A stretch of DNA of 64,000 nucleotides, from assembly GCA_964016885.1 (NCBI GenBank), contig OZ024740.1:237274001-237338000 (forward strand). Direction: 5' to 3'. Shown piece after piece: positions 39,458 through 52,548 of the stretch. Both the position numbers and the translations under genes were made by a program. Every line of letters starts with the position of its first letter. The first letter of the stretch is position 1. This DNA comes from Eledone cirrhosa. Taxonomy: Eukaryota. The notes beneath the pieces are model-generated. The model was not told the DNA's origin. It was given only the letters and a program-made list of their open reading frames with translations, and searched no databases.

Positions 39458-41146
39458 GTGTGTATATGTGTGTATACATGGCATCCTACACATACACATT
39501 GAAATTCACTCTGAAATTAGGGTCAGAAGAGTTTTTTGGTGGTTTGGGATGAGGATTGACATGATTGGTTTCCTTGTTTTTTAGAAATTGGTAACAATAT
39601 GCTTACATTTCCCTCTGAAGGTGCTGAGGCAAAGTAGCAAAAGGCTGCTTAGTAAAAATATAAACAAGATTGGGCTAGATACAGCTCACTTGCTTAATGA
39701 TAAAAAGCTAAAATCCATGCCTCTTTATACATTTTGTTCAGAAAATTCTTCATTATTATGTCTGCTTTCCATGAAGGCATGGATTGTATGGGCCATGACA
39801 GCCCAAGGCATTTGAGAGCAACATTTTGCTCATATGATTCATATTTTGGTATGGTTTCTACAGCTGGATGCCATTCCTAATGTTAACCACATTGAAGAGT
39901 CTATTAGGGGAATTTTATCATGACACCAACCTTACCTCTTCACAGTGTACTAGGTGCATTATATCATGGCACCAGTATGACTACTTTACTGAGTGTATTG
40001 GGTGCATTTTATTGTGGCACAAGAACTATCACTGTACAGATTGTAGTGAATGTATTGAGTGCATTTTATTATGGCACCAGCACTAGGGAAGTTGTTATGT
40101 ACTCAGCAAGATTGAAGACTCATTCTTACTCGATACTGTTTGTTTGATCACCAACCACTATTCAAGGTATTCTGGATACATTTTATCATGAGATCAACAC
40201 TAGGGAGGTTGTCATGTCCTTGACAGGACCAAAGGTTGCCCTCTACCACATGTTGTTTCAGTCTATTCATACACCACCTTATAGAGAGTAGACTATTATT
40301 TATGAATCTCCATTTCTCTATAACTATATGACCTGAAATTAGTTAGAAACATTTCTTAATTACTTTAAAAATTAAAAGATATATGGGTGTGTGTATGTGT
40401 GTTGACTTTGTGCGTATTTGTTTTCCTGTGTTTATATGTGTTTCCTCTGCACATATCTATGGCTATGTGTGTGTGGGTTCATGTGTATGCCTGTATGTGT
40501 CTATGTATGTATGTCTGTGTCTTTGTTAGTATGTTTGCATGTCTGTGTCTTTGTTAGTATGTTTGCATGTATCTGTAGATATGTATGTCTGCCTGACTAT
40601 ACATGTGTGCTCATATGTGTATTTGTTTGTAGCTACGTATTGTGTGTGGGTGTGTGTGTCTTTCTTACCTCTGTAGAAGCCTGTGTATATGTGTTTGTAT
40701 GTGTGTCTTCGTGTGATATATAATACATGACATTTAAAATGATTTATGATTTTCCAAAAATGTTTTTGTAGCTTTTAACATTTGCTGTTTATTAAATTGA
40801 TAGCTATGAAATATTCCATGAGATATTTTGTAATATAATTATACTTATATGAAGTTAAAAGTCTGGTACAAGTAATACAGTGGCAATACATCAACAGCAA
40901 CACAAGCCTAGGGCTTGATTTCTATTATATATTCATTTCTAACATTCTACTTATTTTACAGTTAACATCTTTGTTTCAGTTTTTCTATTCATTTCTATTA
41001 GAATTTGCACCAGTCAGTCACACACACACGCACGCACGCACGCACGTCTGTGTGTGTATATGTATGTAAATATATGCGTATATCATCATCATCATTTAAC
41101 ATGTTTCCCCTGCTAGCAAGGGTTAAATGGGTCTTCACACACACAA

Positions 41147-41207
<61 letters not shown>

Positions 41208-41539
41208 CTCTCTACATGCCACCATTAGTTGAAGGGGGGGGGGTTTCATAGTCTAAATCAATTCTTGTTAAGTGTTACTGCTCTTTTGGACAGGTTTGTG
41301 ACCACATATTGGTCATACATTCCAATTTTTGGCATAGCTCGATAGCCTTCCTAACACCAATCACTTTACAGGATGTACTGGGTGCATTTTATCATGGCAC
41401 TAGCCCTTGAGAGGTTGCCTTGTTTCCTGCAAAAGTAAAGGGTGGGTCCTTTCTATTCATTTGTTCAAGGTAAATATAATTTTGAGGATAAATGGAGACC
41501 GATGACCAAGTGAGTGAAAAAAGAGAGTGTAAGGTGGTT

Positions 41540-41830
41540 GTGCTGGTGATACAACAAAAAGCACCCAGTCAACCCTGTAAGGTGATTGTGCTGGTTTCAA
41601 CAAAAGGCACCCAGTCTACCCTGTTAGATGGTCATTTTGGTGCCATGTTAAAAAGCACCAGTCCATACTGTAATATGGTTGATATTAGGAAGGGCATCCA
41701 ATCATAGAAACAAAGCCAGAAACAGTGCCGTATGAGCAAGTCATGGTCACCTGACCTGACTTGTCTCATAATGTGACAACTCATCTAACCATGCAATCAT
41801 GGAAAATAGACATTAAACGATGATGATGAT
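41540..41830 (+). mobile_element. SINE-like element with RTE-type (GAT)n tail
   Basis: AAAAGCACCCAGT repeats, GATATTAGGAAGGGCATCCA, 3' CATGGAAAATAGACATTAAACGATGATGATGAT; related inverted copies near 39680-40090 and 41085-41400. Confidence 0.65.
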
Positions 41831-41926
41831 ATAATGTGTCATAGTTGTAAATGTTATTGTATATCATTTAGATATTTATATTATAATTATGAATGATATA
41901 ATGTGATATATTCTGTGACATAAAAG

Positions 41927-42013
41927 TTTAATTCCATTTCTTTTCTCTTTCCAGGTAAGTGATTTTAAATTAATTTTCTTCCATTAAAAGTTATCAAGAA
42001 TATCTAGGTAAGG
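41927..42013 (+). promoter_or_regulatory. Putative recursive splice site (AG|GTAAGT) with a 53-nt RS-exon
   Basis: TTTAAT + TCCATTTCTTTTCTCTTTCCAG|GTAAGT at 41954/41955; second donor AG|GTAAGG at 42007/42008. Confidence 0.5.
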
Positions 42014-44524
42014 TCATTTATTACTTTATATGTACTATTATCATTTTCCTACAAGATACCATCCCCCAACTCTTTCACTAATAGCCTGTATGTTCATCCC
42101 TTTTTAAAAGTTTCTTCTGTTTGGATTGTTTGGTATTTCTGACATATATAGCAACATTACACATCTAGCAGAGCATGCTACTTCACTTCCCCTGCATTCA
42201 GTTGCCCATATTTCATCACCATCCTTACACTTTGTATGTAAGGATCATACAATCTACCCTTCACTAACAGGGAGCAAGGATCCTTTTGTTGTAATCAGAG
42301 TCAATAGCTCCATGAAACTTTTCCACCCTGCTCTTACTTTAATTGCTATGCTTTCAGATCACCCATCTATGTAACAGAGGATATCAACTACTTCTAGGGA
42401 TCGCTCCAAGCATAAGTTAGAAGTTATAAATAAATAGTTCCCTAATTATTAGCCAGCTTAAACTGCTAGAAATAGCAGCACAATCTCCCTCAAATCACAC
42501 CATACCATCATAAAAATGGAAGCCGGCATGTGCATCATGTATAATGTAGTTATAACAGGTTATAGCTTAAACAAAGATTGATCATGGCTTGAACACCTTT
42601 TGGGTATAGATCTTTTTGATCAATGTTGATTTTGGGTTAAATAATAGCAACTTGACTTGACATCTGTTAAATAGGTTTGCAACATGCTGCTCTTTGTCTC
42701 TTTGCTCTTTTTTGGTTTCACAAGTTACTCATTATGTTTTATTAGGAAACAGCTTTCTTGAAATCTCTCCCATTTTGCTTTTTGCTGTTACCCCTGGGGC
42801 CTCTCAGATCATGAACTTATTGTGTCCTATGTGATGATATTTGCTTACAATATATAGCTCAATCAAACAATTGAGTGAGGGAAATACTGCGATTTGAAAT
42901 AGAAGACGTGGTTCTCAAGTGTAGCTAACGCTTTACTATTTCACATTTTTCATCCAATATAAAACAAATATAAAACAAGATTTTCTTATCAAAAGTAAAT
43001 CTGTACTTTGATGTTGTTCCTGTTTGCTTAAATTAATATCTGCTTTTATCACTTAAAGTCAACTATGAATTCTTGTTTTACTGAAATTTCTGTATTAATC
43101 TCTCCCTTTCTTTTATTTTTAATATCTTTTATTAGTTTTCATTGATATTAGGCATCGTATTCTACAGGCTCTGCCTGTTAATTTGAAATATTTGCTCAAC
43201 TCTGTTTATCTTCAACACTTTTAACCATCTCATACATAGACGACTCCATTTCAATTTTAGTGAATAACTTTTGTTTATTAATGTTGTTTTTTTTCTCTGT
43301 ATTTAAAAATATTTATTGTTTTTTTTTTTAGAATTCTAATCATATTATCATTCAGTTATTTGGAAAATTATTGTTGAAAGCCATTTTTGTTTAGATTACT
43401 CTAGTGTTTCTTCAAGTGATAACCTGATTGTGTGTGTAGTTCCTGCTGGGAAATATTGACTAAAGTTTGTAGTTCTTTGTTAACTGATCCATTGCCATAC
43501 TATAGAAGAAGAAGAAGAATTGTGTTGTGTGTGGATAGAGAGAAAAGGAGAAGATTTGTTTAATTGAGGTTATGAAGATATTGATACTGATGTGCTCAGG
43601 TCTTATATTGATCTAGCTATTCTTCAGATTAAACACAGGCTATTTAAAGTGAATTCTTTGATGATAGTTTTGATGATGATAATGATGATGATTTTAATAA
43701 ATTTAATTTCATGAGTAGTTTGATGTTGGTGCCTGTGGTATATTTTTGTTTTGACTTATCTAATTAATTTAAAAAAGATGGGCAGTGCCAGCAAAAACTT
43801 CTCACCCATCACCTTTTTCCAAATCACCTTTCACCAAAACTCTATCATCTATCTATAACCCATACCCAGTTTCCTTCTAGCTACTATAGCAACTTAAACT
43901 GAACATTTACTACATTATTTGCATCCTACATCTCTTTCCTGCACCATTTAAATTCTAAGGGTATACCACCAGTAAAGTTCTTTCTTATCATCCCAAAGAC
44001 ACTGCAGCCCTATATTTTGCTATTGTAGCCCAAAGTCTGACAACCTCGTCTATACAAAACCTTAATGACATATAAGCAGAAGACCCTCAGATATGTTTAA
44101 TCCATCTGCCAAACTATATTCCTTTTACTTGGCTCATACCTTCTGATGGAGTCATATGGACACTGTGCTGAGATATGACTTGTCTTGGGCGTTTCTACAC
44201 CTGGCAGAGCTCATCCCTCTCCATGTTAGAACTTAGCTGACTTCTTCCAGAGAAAGAAAGAATGAGCGAGAGAGAAAGAAAAATGAACTCTAGAACTGGA
44301 TAAGTATCTTATAAATCAACCTTGAAAGGTTGAAAGGCAAAGTTGAAATCAGCTTGATTTAAACTAAGAGCACAGTGAGCCAGAACAACTACCAAAGCAT
44401 TTTAGATTTAACTTGTTGACTGCTGTGTATATTTTACACAGCTACAGTTGCTACGCCAGGTTTTTTTTTCCAGTAAAATTACTAATTTTTTAAACAAACA
44501 TTTATTAACAACAAAAAAAAAAGG

Positions 44525-44740
44525 AACGATCGACTTTCGTCAAATCGGACCGAGGGAACAATGTTTCCGTTGGTCTTTCCAATTGCTAATACTATCTATC
44601 GGTCGCAACTCCAGGTAGAAGGATCAACGTGAAATAAAGTGTCTTGCTCAAGGACATAACGCATCACCTGGTCCAGGAATCGAACTCACAACCTTACGAT
44701 TGCGAATCCAATTCTCTAACCACTCAGCCACACGCCTTCA
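44525..44740 (-). mobile_element. Different tRNA-derived SINE (CORE/V-like central motif)
   Basis: Minus strand: A box TGGCTGAGTGG, B box GAGTTCGATTCC, then GTCCTTGAGCAAGACACTTTA; 3' boundary uncertain. Confidence 0.75.
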
Positions 44741-45211
44741 CAAATGTCATATCAATAAACTAGTAACCCCATCTAGCTTTGAAGTTATGAACTGTTGGAA
44801 ACCAATTCATAACTTTGGTCTTGTATTAAAGCTATTGTTCTGTTTCAATTATTTCATGAAGCCTTATTTCTAAATTCATCACAAAAAATTGTTGATGTAT
44901 TTCCATAATTTTGTTGTTTATGGTGGTAGTAGTGGTAGTAGTAATAGTAGTGGTGGTACTTGTAGTAGTTGTAATACAGTGATTTTTACATCGATGAGTT
45001 AATTGGACAACTATATATTAATTAATTCTGCAAAGCAACCCCACCAGGAATTGTATCTATAATCACTTACATTATTGCTATAAACACTATATATACTCTT
45101 GACTTTAGATATTTACTAATTTGAGATATTAAATGTTTTTAAAGCTGAACATATTTTCAACTTTTGAACTAGGCTTCAATGAACACACACAATCTCAGAC
45201 ACACACACATA

Positions 45212-45264
<53 letters not shown>

Positions 45265-45595
45265 GTTAGGAGGATCCTTCAGTTTGTGTCACAAGACATG
45301 ACAACTTCTCTTCTGCACTTGATAATGACTGTAAGTGAACAGGATGCAGACCTCCTCAGCCTGTCTGCAACGTCAGTGGCTCTGCTTCAGTACTGGCTAT
45401 AGTGAGAAACTTACCTGTACACCGTGAGGTATGGCATAAAAGTCACTTCCTGCTTTGAATAGCCATCTAAGGTGGCATCAATGAAAGCAACATCAATAAC
45501 ATGTTTTTGGAGGAGTTGTCTATATATTTTTTTTCAGACACGGGTAGGCTTTCCACTATATATATATGACAACTTACTGACATATATATATATAT

Positions 45596-47752
45596 GACAA
45601 CTTACTGCAGGCTACTGATGAAACTTGTGGCTGGAGCAGAGCTCCAACAAGACAGAAAGTGACCTGGTGGTGGAACACCACGGTAGATAGGGCCATTACA
45701 GACAAAAGACTAGCATGGAATGCTTAGAAAACGGGTGGGAGTAGAGAAAGATATACAGCCGCTAAAAGGGAAGCTAGACATCAGGTGTACTTAGCACGCA
45801 GGGAGGCTGAGAGTAGGAGGTTTGCCAATGTTCTGCGATGGGAAGATCAGAGACGTGCGGTGTTCCACATTGCAAGGCAGTGTGTCAATGCAAATCAGGA
45901 TGTTGTTGGAGATAAATGTGTCCGGAATGATGCCGGTGTATTTAGTGTCACAAATGATCAGAAAAAGGAGGCCTGGAAATCTCATTATGAGAGACTGATG
46001 AATGTGGAGAGAGAATGGGAGAGAGAGAGATTAACCTCAGTAGATCCGACAGAGGGACCAGAGATTGACGAATATAGGGTCCAAGAGGCGATTAAGTAAA
46101 TAAAAAAATGGTAAGGCTGCTGGACCGTCGGAGATAGTTGCTGAGATGCTGAAGGCATCAGGGGATGTAGGCACTAAACTGGTTCCATGCATCATCAATC
46201 AGGCTATATATGGTGGTGTCATACCCAAAGACTGGTGCAGCAGTATTCTCATAAATTGCTACAAAGGTAAAGGGGATGATCTGGAGAGGAGCAATTATAG
46301 GGGTATAAAACTGATGGATCAGGTTATGAAAGTGACAGAAAGGATATTAGCGCAACTAATTAGAGAAAGGGTCAAACTAAATGAGATGCAGTTTGGTTTT
46401 GTGCCTGAGAAGAGTACAACAGATGCCCTCTTCTTGGTGAGACAGTTACAAGAGAGGTTCTTAGAGAAGAATCTATACTTAGCTTTTGTTGACCTAGAGA
46501 AGGCCTTTGCTAGGGTACCCCGATCTGTCATCTGGTGGTCTCTAAGGAAACTAGGTGTTGAGGAATGGCTTGTGAGGACAGTGCAAGCTTTGTACAGAGG
46601 TGCTGTCAGTAAAATGAGGGTAGGAATGGAGTTTAGTGAGGAATTCCAGATACCAGTAGGAGTACATCAGGGTTTGGTCCTCAGCCTGCTCTTGTTCATT
46701 ATAGTCCTCCAAGCCATAACAGAGGAGTTTAAGACTGGCTGTCCATGGTAACTTCTCTATGCTGACGATCTGGTTCTTATAGCAGAATCAGTAGAATAGC
46801 TAGAGGATAAATTCTGGCTATGGAAACAGCAGTTGGAATCAAGAGGACTGAGAGTGAACCTAGCTAAAACAAAAGTGTTGATGAGTAAAAAGAAGACAAA
46901 ACTCTGATTCTGTCAGGGAAATGGCCATGTTCGATATGCAGAAAAGGAACTGCCATAAATTCTATAAAATGCACACAATGCAGATCATGGGTACACAAGA
47001 GATGTAGTGGGATAGCAGGCAAACTAACAGGTAGGGAGAAATACGTATACAGTCAGTAGATGTACAGGGAAATTTGACAGTAAAAGTTGCATTGATAGAC
47101 ACATTTTTCAAATATAGGTGGTTACTATAGAAGTGGTTGATAGCTTCCGGTACCTAGGTGATCAAATTAGCATGGGAGAGGGGGGGGGTTTCGAGGCCAT
47201 AGTATCTAGAATAAGGACGGGTTGGAAGAAGTTTAAGGAGCTGCTTCCTCTGCTGACGAAGAAGGGTTTCTCCCTGCGTACGAAAGGCTGGTTATATGAT
47301 GCCTGTGTGAGGAGCGCGATGCTGCATGGTAGTGAGACATGGGCAGCAACTGCAGAGGATATGCGACAGCTGGAGAGAAATGAGGCAAACATGCTCTGTT
47401 GGATGTCCAATGTCAATGTGCGTGAACGACCGAGCATGGATGTGTTGAGAGAGAAACTGTGTCTGAGAGGGATAAATTGTAGTGTGCGGGAGAGGAGACT
47501 GCGATGGTATGGACATGTGATGCGCATGCAGGATGACCAATGGGTGGAAGAAGTGCCAAGAAATGCCAGTTGAAGGAAGACGTAGTAGAGGTAGACCATG
47601 AAAAACATGGGCGGAGGTGGTGAGAGCAGACTTCAGATCGCTGAAGCTCACAGTGGAGATGACGAAGGACCGTGACAAGTGGAGAGATGCTGTACTGAAT
47701 AGGACCCGTCTCACCCTTGCAAGCAGGGAAAAGTGGACGTAAAGTGATGATG

Positions 47753-47754
<2 letters not shown>
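45596..47754 (+). mobile_element. 5'-truncated decayed RTE-clade LINE with a Cys/His finger inside the RT region
   Basis: NYRGIKL, QFGF, FVDLEKAF, GVHQG, YADDL, FRYLG, LHGSETW, RRLRWYGHV motifs with stops and frameshifts; 3' GGACGTAAAGTGATGATGAT tail into (TA)n. Confidence 0.92.
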
Positions 47755-47791
<37 letters not shown>

Positions 47792-47794
47792 TAC

Positions 47795-48170
47795 AAAAGG
47801 CTTTTTCCTGAAAATGTAAGGCAGACTGTATGATGCATGCATATGAACAGCAATGTTGCATGGTAGTGAGACCTAGGCACTGTGTGTAGAAGTCTTGCGA
47901 AGATTTGAAAGAAATGAAGCTTGCATACTCTGATCGATGTGTAATAGTATCAGATGCAGTGTTCAGGAGAGGAGCATGTGTTGGTATGGGGGATGACAGT
48001 TGTATAAAAAGGTGCAGAGTACTCAAAGTTGATGGAAGCTATGGAGTGGGGAAACCCAGGAAGACTTGGGATGAGGTGATAAATGCTGACCTTGCTCAAT
48101 TGCAACTCTCAAAGGCAATGACACAGGATCAAGGTCTCTGTCATTATGCAGTAATATAGAAGAGCCGTCT
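47795..48170 (+). mobile_element. Older RTE 3' remnant
   Basis: GRLYDAC..AMLHGSET...GKPRKTWDEVI, paralogous to the end of the preceding LINE. Confidence 0.75.
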
Positions 48171-49285
48171 TCCTATGGGCACAGGTTGAAGCATACATAA
48201 TTAAAAAACAAAACTTGTTTTCGCTCTTAACATAGGGGAGACCTTAATTTGGGGATGGCTCACCATCCAGTGTTACTGCTATGATGAACTGCCTCCAAAT
48301 GCCACACACTTGGCAATGCTAAGGATTATTGTTAATCAGAACCATTTGTTTGTTGTAGGACTGGAGAGGGTTGGTACATCAGTCTTGTAATAAGGCCATG
48401 CCATTGAATTCTTTTGTAATATAAACACACCCATGTGCTGGAGAATAAGTTTCTCAACCAGTTTCTTACACTTTAATTAATGAATTATTTACTTTTAACT
48501 AATCACTTACATTAGGATTATAATTACGCACTTTTCGTAATCTTATACTTTTGATACTTTTCACAACTCTTTATAATTTTTATTCTTTTACTTTTCTTAA
48601 TTCATTTACCACTGTTTTCTCCTTTTAAATTTTTATTACATATATCCCCTTTAAGCAATTCACTGTCAGATTATGCTGGTTTTCAGCCAGAGACTGCTAT
48701 CACACATTATTTAGCACCCCTGATATGTTTAAACAACCACAAATGGTTCTGATTAATAGCTTGGTCACACTTATGACCCCCCCCCCCCAGTCTATCCTTA
48801 TTTGTACTGTCTCATTGAATATTTAGTTCTTGTCTGATGACCCTTTGAGAAACTTGTGAAACTCCAAAGTAACAATACTCACTATTTAGCCTTAATATAA
48901 TGAATATATAGACGAAATTGAGACATCTGGCTTGTTATAATTAATGTATATATACATATATATACATTAATATACATATTTGCTCAATGGTTCTTATATA
49001 TTTGATATATATTTATCCTTATTGAGCCCTCTTTGGATTTTAGTCTTCAAATTTTTTTTATTATTACTATATATATATATTAGACAAACAAGGCCTGATG
49101 GCTGAGCTCTTGCTATTTCGACAGCAAATTCATGACATATATATAATACGTGAATTTTTGATGGGTATCGGGTGGCGTCCACAGTTTAAAAGGGTAGTCA
49201 ATATGTTAGTAGAGTATAGGCATCTTTATTTTATATAGGAATGAAACAGTTCTAGTCATGTAGAAGTCATTTCTATATAAAATAA

Positions 49286-49326
<41 letters not shown>

Positions 49327-49377
49327 GATATTAAATAAATGGAAACTATATTTATAAAACCATATTTATTCTATTAT

Positions 49378-50515
49378 ATATAGTTCAAGGGTACCAAAAC
49401 TTTGGTACGCTCTCATCAGATAAAATACAAAGTTTGTTTTATAAATATTGACATAACCAAGAAAAAAACCTTAACGGTTCAAGTTTTTCCTGGATATCCA
49501 TGAAGAGTGTCTTGACATTTTGGATGCTAGTCCTTCATCAGAAGAAAGAATGAGAAATATGATAGATTGAGGGGACGGGTGGGTTGGAATTGTAAAAAAT
49601 GTCTTTAGATAAAAATAACAGGTCCATTCATGTTGATATCTCTTGCAAAACTGACTGTTGGTGCTGGCGTTTTGTGTATGATTTATTTTTTAGAAAAGTG
49701 GATGATGGAGCGCGTCTACCTGAAATGGAAAAAAACTGTTTTGTAAAAAGAGCTATACTTGTGCACGTGTGTAAGCATGTGTGTGTGTGTGTTATTATAC
49801 ATCCGTACGAAGCTAAGCAGAAATGTGTGTGTATATGTGAGTAAAAGAGTGTGTGCATGTAAGTATAAAGCTATGAGCAAAAGTATGTTAATATAAGGGT
49901 GTGTATGTGTATATACAGAGCTGTGAAGGGAAAAGTGGAGTGAGCATATATAGTTGGCATGTATTAGTTGTAAGAGAAGATGTTAATGATCAAGAGAAAG
50001 TGATAGGAATCTAGGGGTGTGATAATGGACGGGGTATTAGAGAAATAGTGAGGTGAGTTGAGTCCAAAAGGGGAATAGGACCCAAGGCGATGAATCAGAC
50101 TTTGTTCAGTCCTGGTGCATGAGGCCTGTGATCCATGATGTAAAAGGAGACCCAGGACTGAAAGATATAGAGAAGAATGACCAGGAGAACAGAAATGACG
50201 GGTGACAGGAGTGTCCAAACCGAGTTGTATGTCCCTCAAATGTTCGGCAAAACGGTCTGTCAAATGGCATCCCGTTTGTCCAATATATAAAGATCCGCAA
50301 AGCGAACACTGAAGGCATAGACAACGTGGATGGATGTACAGGTAAAAGAGTGGCGGATACAGTAAGACCCGTTAAGGCCTGTAAGAGTGGTGAGGGTGGA
50401 AATGAAGGGACAAATGTTGCAGCGGGAATGGGAACAAGGATGAGAGCCGGGTAGAGTCGTGGGAGAGGACGGGAAGGAACTGCGAAGCAGGAGGTCATGG
50501 AGGTTGCGGACACGC
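49378..50515 (-). mobile_element. Decayed Penelope-like element (Cys-rich linker + GIY-YIG + 3' region with degenerate hammerheads)
   Basis: RNLHDLLLRS...PCSHSRCNICP...FTCTSIHVVY...RFAEHLRDI...HF...GH...EQSLIHRLGSYSPFGLN; flanked by (TA)n. Confidence 0.85.
49510..49546 (-). ncRNA. Degenerate hammerhead ribozyme motif
   Basis: TCTT-CTGATGA-A-GGAC-TAGC-ATCC-AAAA-T-GTC-AAGA: same layout as 25915-25953 with G>A/C>T changes; stem I TCTT/AAGA. Confidence 0.55.
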
Positions 50516-50536
50516 ATATATATATATATATATATG

Positions 50537-51021
50537 CTATATATGCTTGTATATAAATTGAGAAATATTTGACCCCCTCAAAAAAAACAAAAAAACAAAA
50601 CAATGATAAAATGAGGTTAGCTTATATTTGAGGTCAGTATTTTACCAATTTTCTCCAATTTCAAAATTCTTTGTAAATGGAGTTCTGAAAGGTGAATATT
50701 ACACCTCTTTGACTTTCAATGAGAATTTCATATTTCCTATTCTTTTTTATATGTTTTGAATGAATATAGCCTTCAAAATGGCCGGCAATTGGTAAAAATG
50801 TCATTACACAATGGAGTTGTGAAACAAAATCCTATACTCTAGACGACACTTGAAACATTTTAGATATCAAAATATAAAAAATTCATAAGAATTTCAAAGT
50901 CACACCATCTGAACATAATTTGTTGATTATAAACAGGGTTTGGATTTTTTTCAATTTCTCAGACATAAAATACAGGATCAGCTTATATTTGTTGAATTGG
51001 CTTATATTTGAGTATATACAG
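50537..51021. mobile_element. MITE homologous to 34246-34719
   Basis: Shared TIR ...CTTATATTTGAGTATATACAG|TA and internal similarity (TGAAT..ATAG.GCCTTCAAAA, AATGGAGTTGT.AAACAAAA). Confidence 0.75.
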
Positions 51022-51562
51022 TATATATACACAGATGTCGTATTATTCAATTTAAAATTGTTCCATTGTGTCTTGTGGATTTTGTTTAATTTGTTTAATT
51101 CAACCTCCATTTTCTATTATAATGATAAAGATTTAATGCTTTCTAGCCTGAGGTCACATTTTAATGGCTTTCTTCCATCTGTTTCTCTCCAACTACTGTG
51201 CCAAATTATTGTTTCTGGTTTCTCTATAGAAAATTCAATATTTTTCAATTAGTGTATTAAATAAGTACTGTGTATTAAATAAGTACTGTAGTAATTTCCT
51301 CTTGCCATTTGAGTCAGGAATTGACAGTTGTGAATGGTCACAACAAAAGAAGAGGATTTTTATAGTAGATGCAGTCAATATTATACCAAAAATCTCTGAC
51401 ATTTAATAAGTTTTGTTTAGTTCAGTTGTTCATCGGAATAATTCATCAAATACTAGATACTGAAAAAAAAAAGAAAATGACAGTCAAATATTCTGGTATG
51501 TGTGTGTTTGTATGTATGTATGTATGTATGTATGTATGTATGTATGTATGTATGTATGTATG

Positions 51563-51602
<40 letters not shown>

Positions 51603-52050
51603 CATACATATATATACATACATACATACATATATACATGTGTGTATGTATGTATGCAAGATGATGGTTTGTATGTTGATAGTTTATGGCCCTGGTTTAC
51701 TGTTTTGATGTTTTTGTTTTTTTATTATGCAAACACCATTTATTATTAATGTGTTCATCATATATTTCCTCATACATGAGACAAATACCAAGTTTTTTCT
51801 AATTCTGTCTCTTATCTCATTATCTTCAATCATTACTTGACATTAAATTATTTATTTATTTATTTGTTTATTTAACTTTTTTGTTTACAGTAGTTGGGAC
51901 AGGTTTATGTGTGAGATCTGACAACATAAATAATATTTCAAAGACAGACTGATGTTCTTTAAAGTGAGTTTTACTATTACTGGGAAGACAAACTAATGAC
52001 ATTTTCACAGTTTGATCTCAAAATCTTTGGATACTAGTTTTTTCAATAAT

Positions 52051-52232
52051 TGTTTCTACTTTTGGCACAAGGCCAGCAATTACCCAGTACATTACTGGTA
52101 CTTTATTTTATCGACCCCGTAAGGATGAAAGGCAAAGTTAACCTCGACGGGATTTGAACTCAGACCGTAAAGGGACGTAACTATGCTGGAAAGCATGGTG
52201 TCTGACCCTCTACTGATACTGCCAATTCACCG
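52051..52232 (-). mobile_element. tRNA-derived SINE
   Basis: Full family consensus, as at 25499-25682. Confidence 0.9.
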
Positions 52233-52548
52233 TTAGATGTTTTCCATCACAGATACCTTATATCATTGACTCTCCTTATAATATATAACCAGCAATTTCT
52301 CTGTCTGTCTGTCCGACAGTGGAAACACGTGCGCGCGTGGTTGCTATCTCTCTCTCTCTCTCTCCAGCTATCCCTCTCTTTTAGTCTGTCTGTTACTCTC
52401 ACTCTTTCTCTTTGTAACACACTAACATTCCTCCCCTCTATTGCTGTGACGAATGGGGAGATGGAGGAGGAGGAGAAGAGTCACTTCGTCACTTCACCTC
52501 TGCCTTTCTTTCTCTCCCCTCTCACTCCCTCATTACGTACAGACATTA

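Noticed and set aside
30610-44500. Numerous 60-100 aa ORFs in AT-rich sequence
   Set aside because: No recognisable domains and low-complexity composition; consistent with chance ORFs.
48200-48930. Possible third Penelope remnant (+) with CTGATGA at ~48834 and CGAAA at ~48913
   Set aside because: Protein similarity too weak and stem II would need about 70 nt; not supportable by eye.
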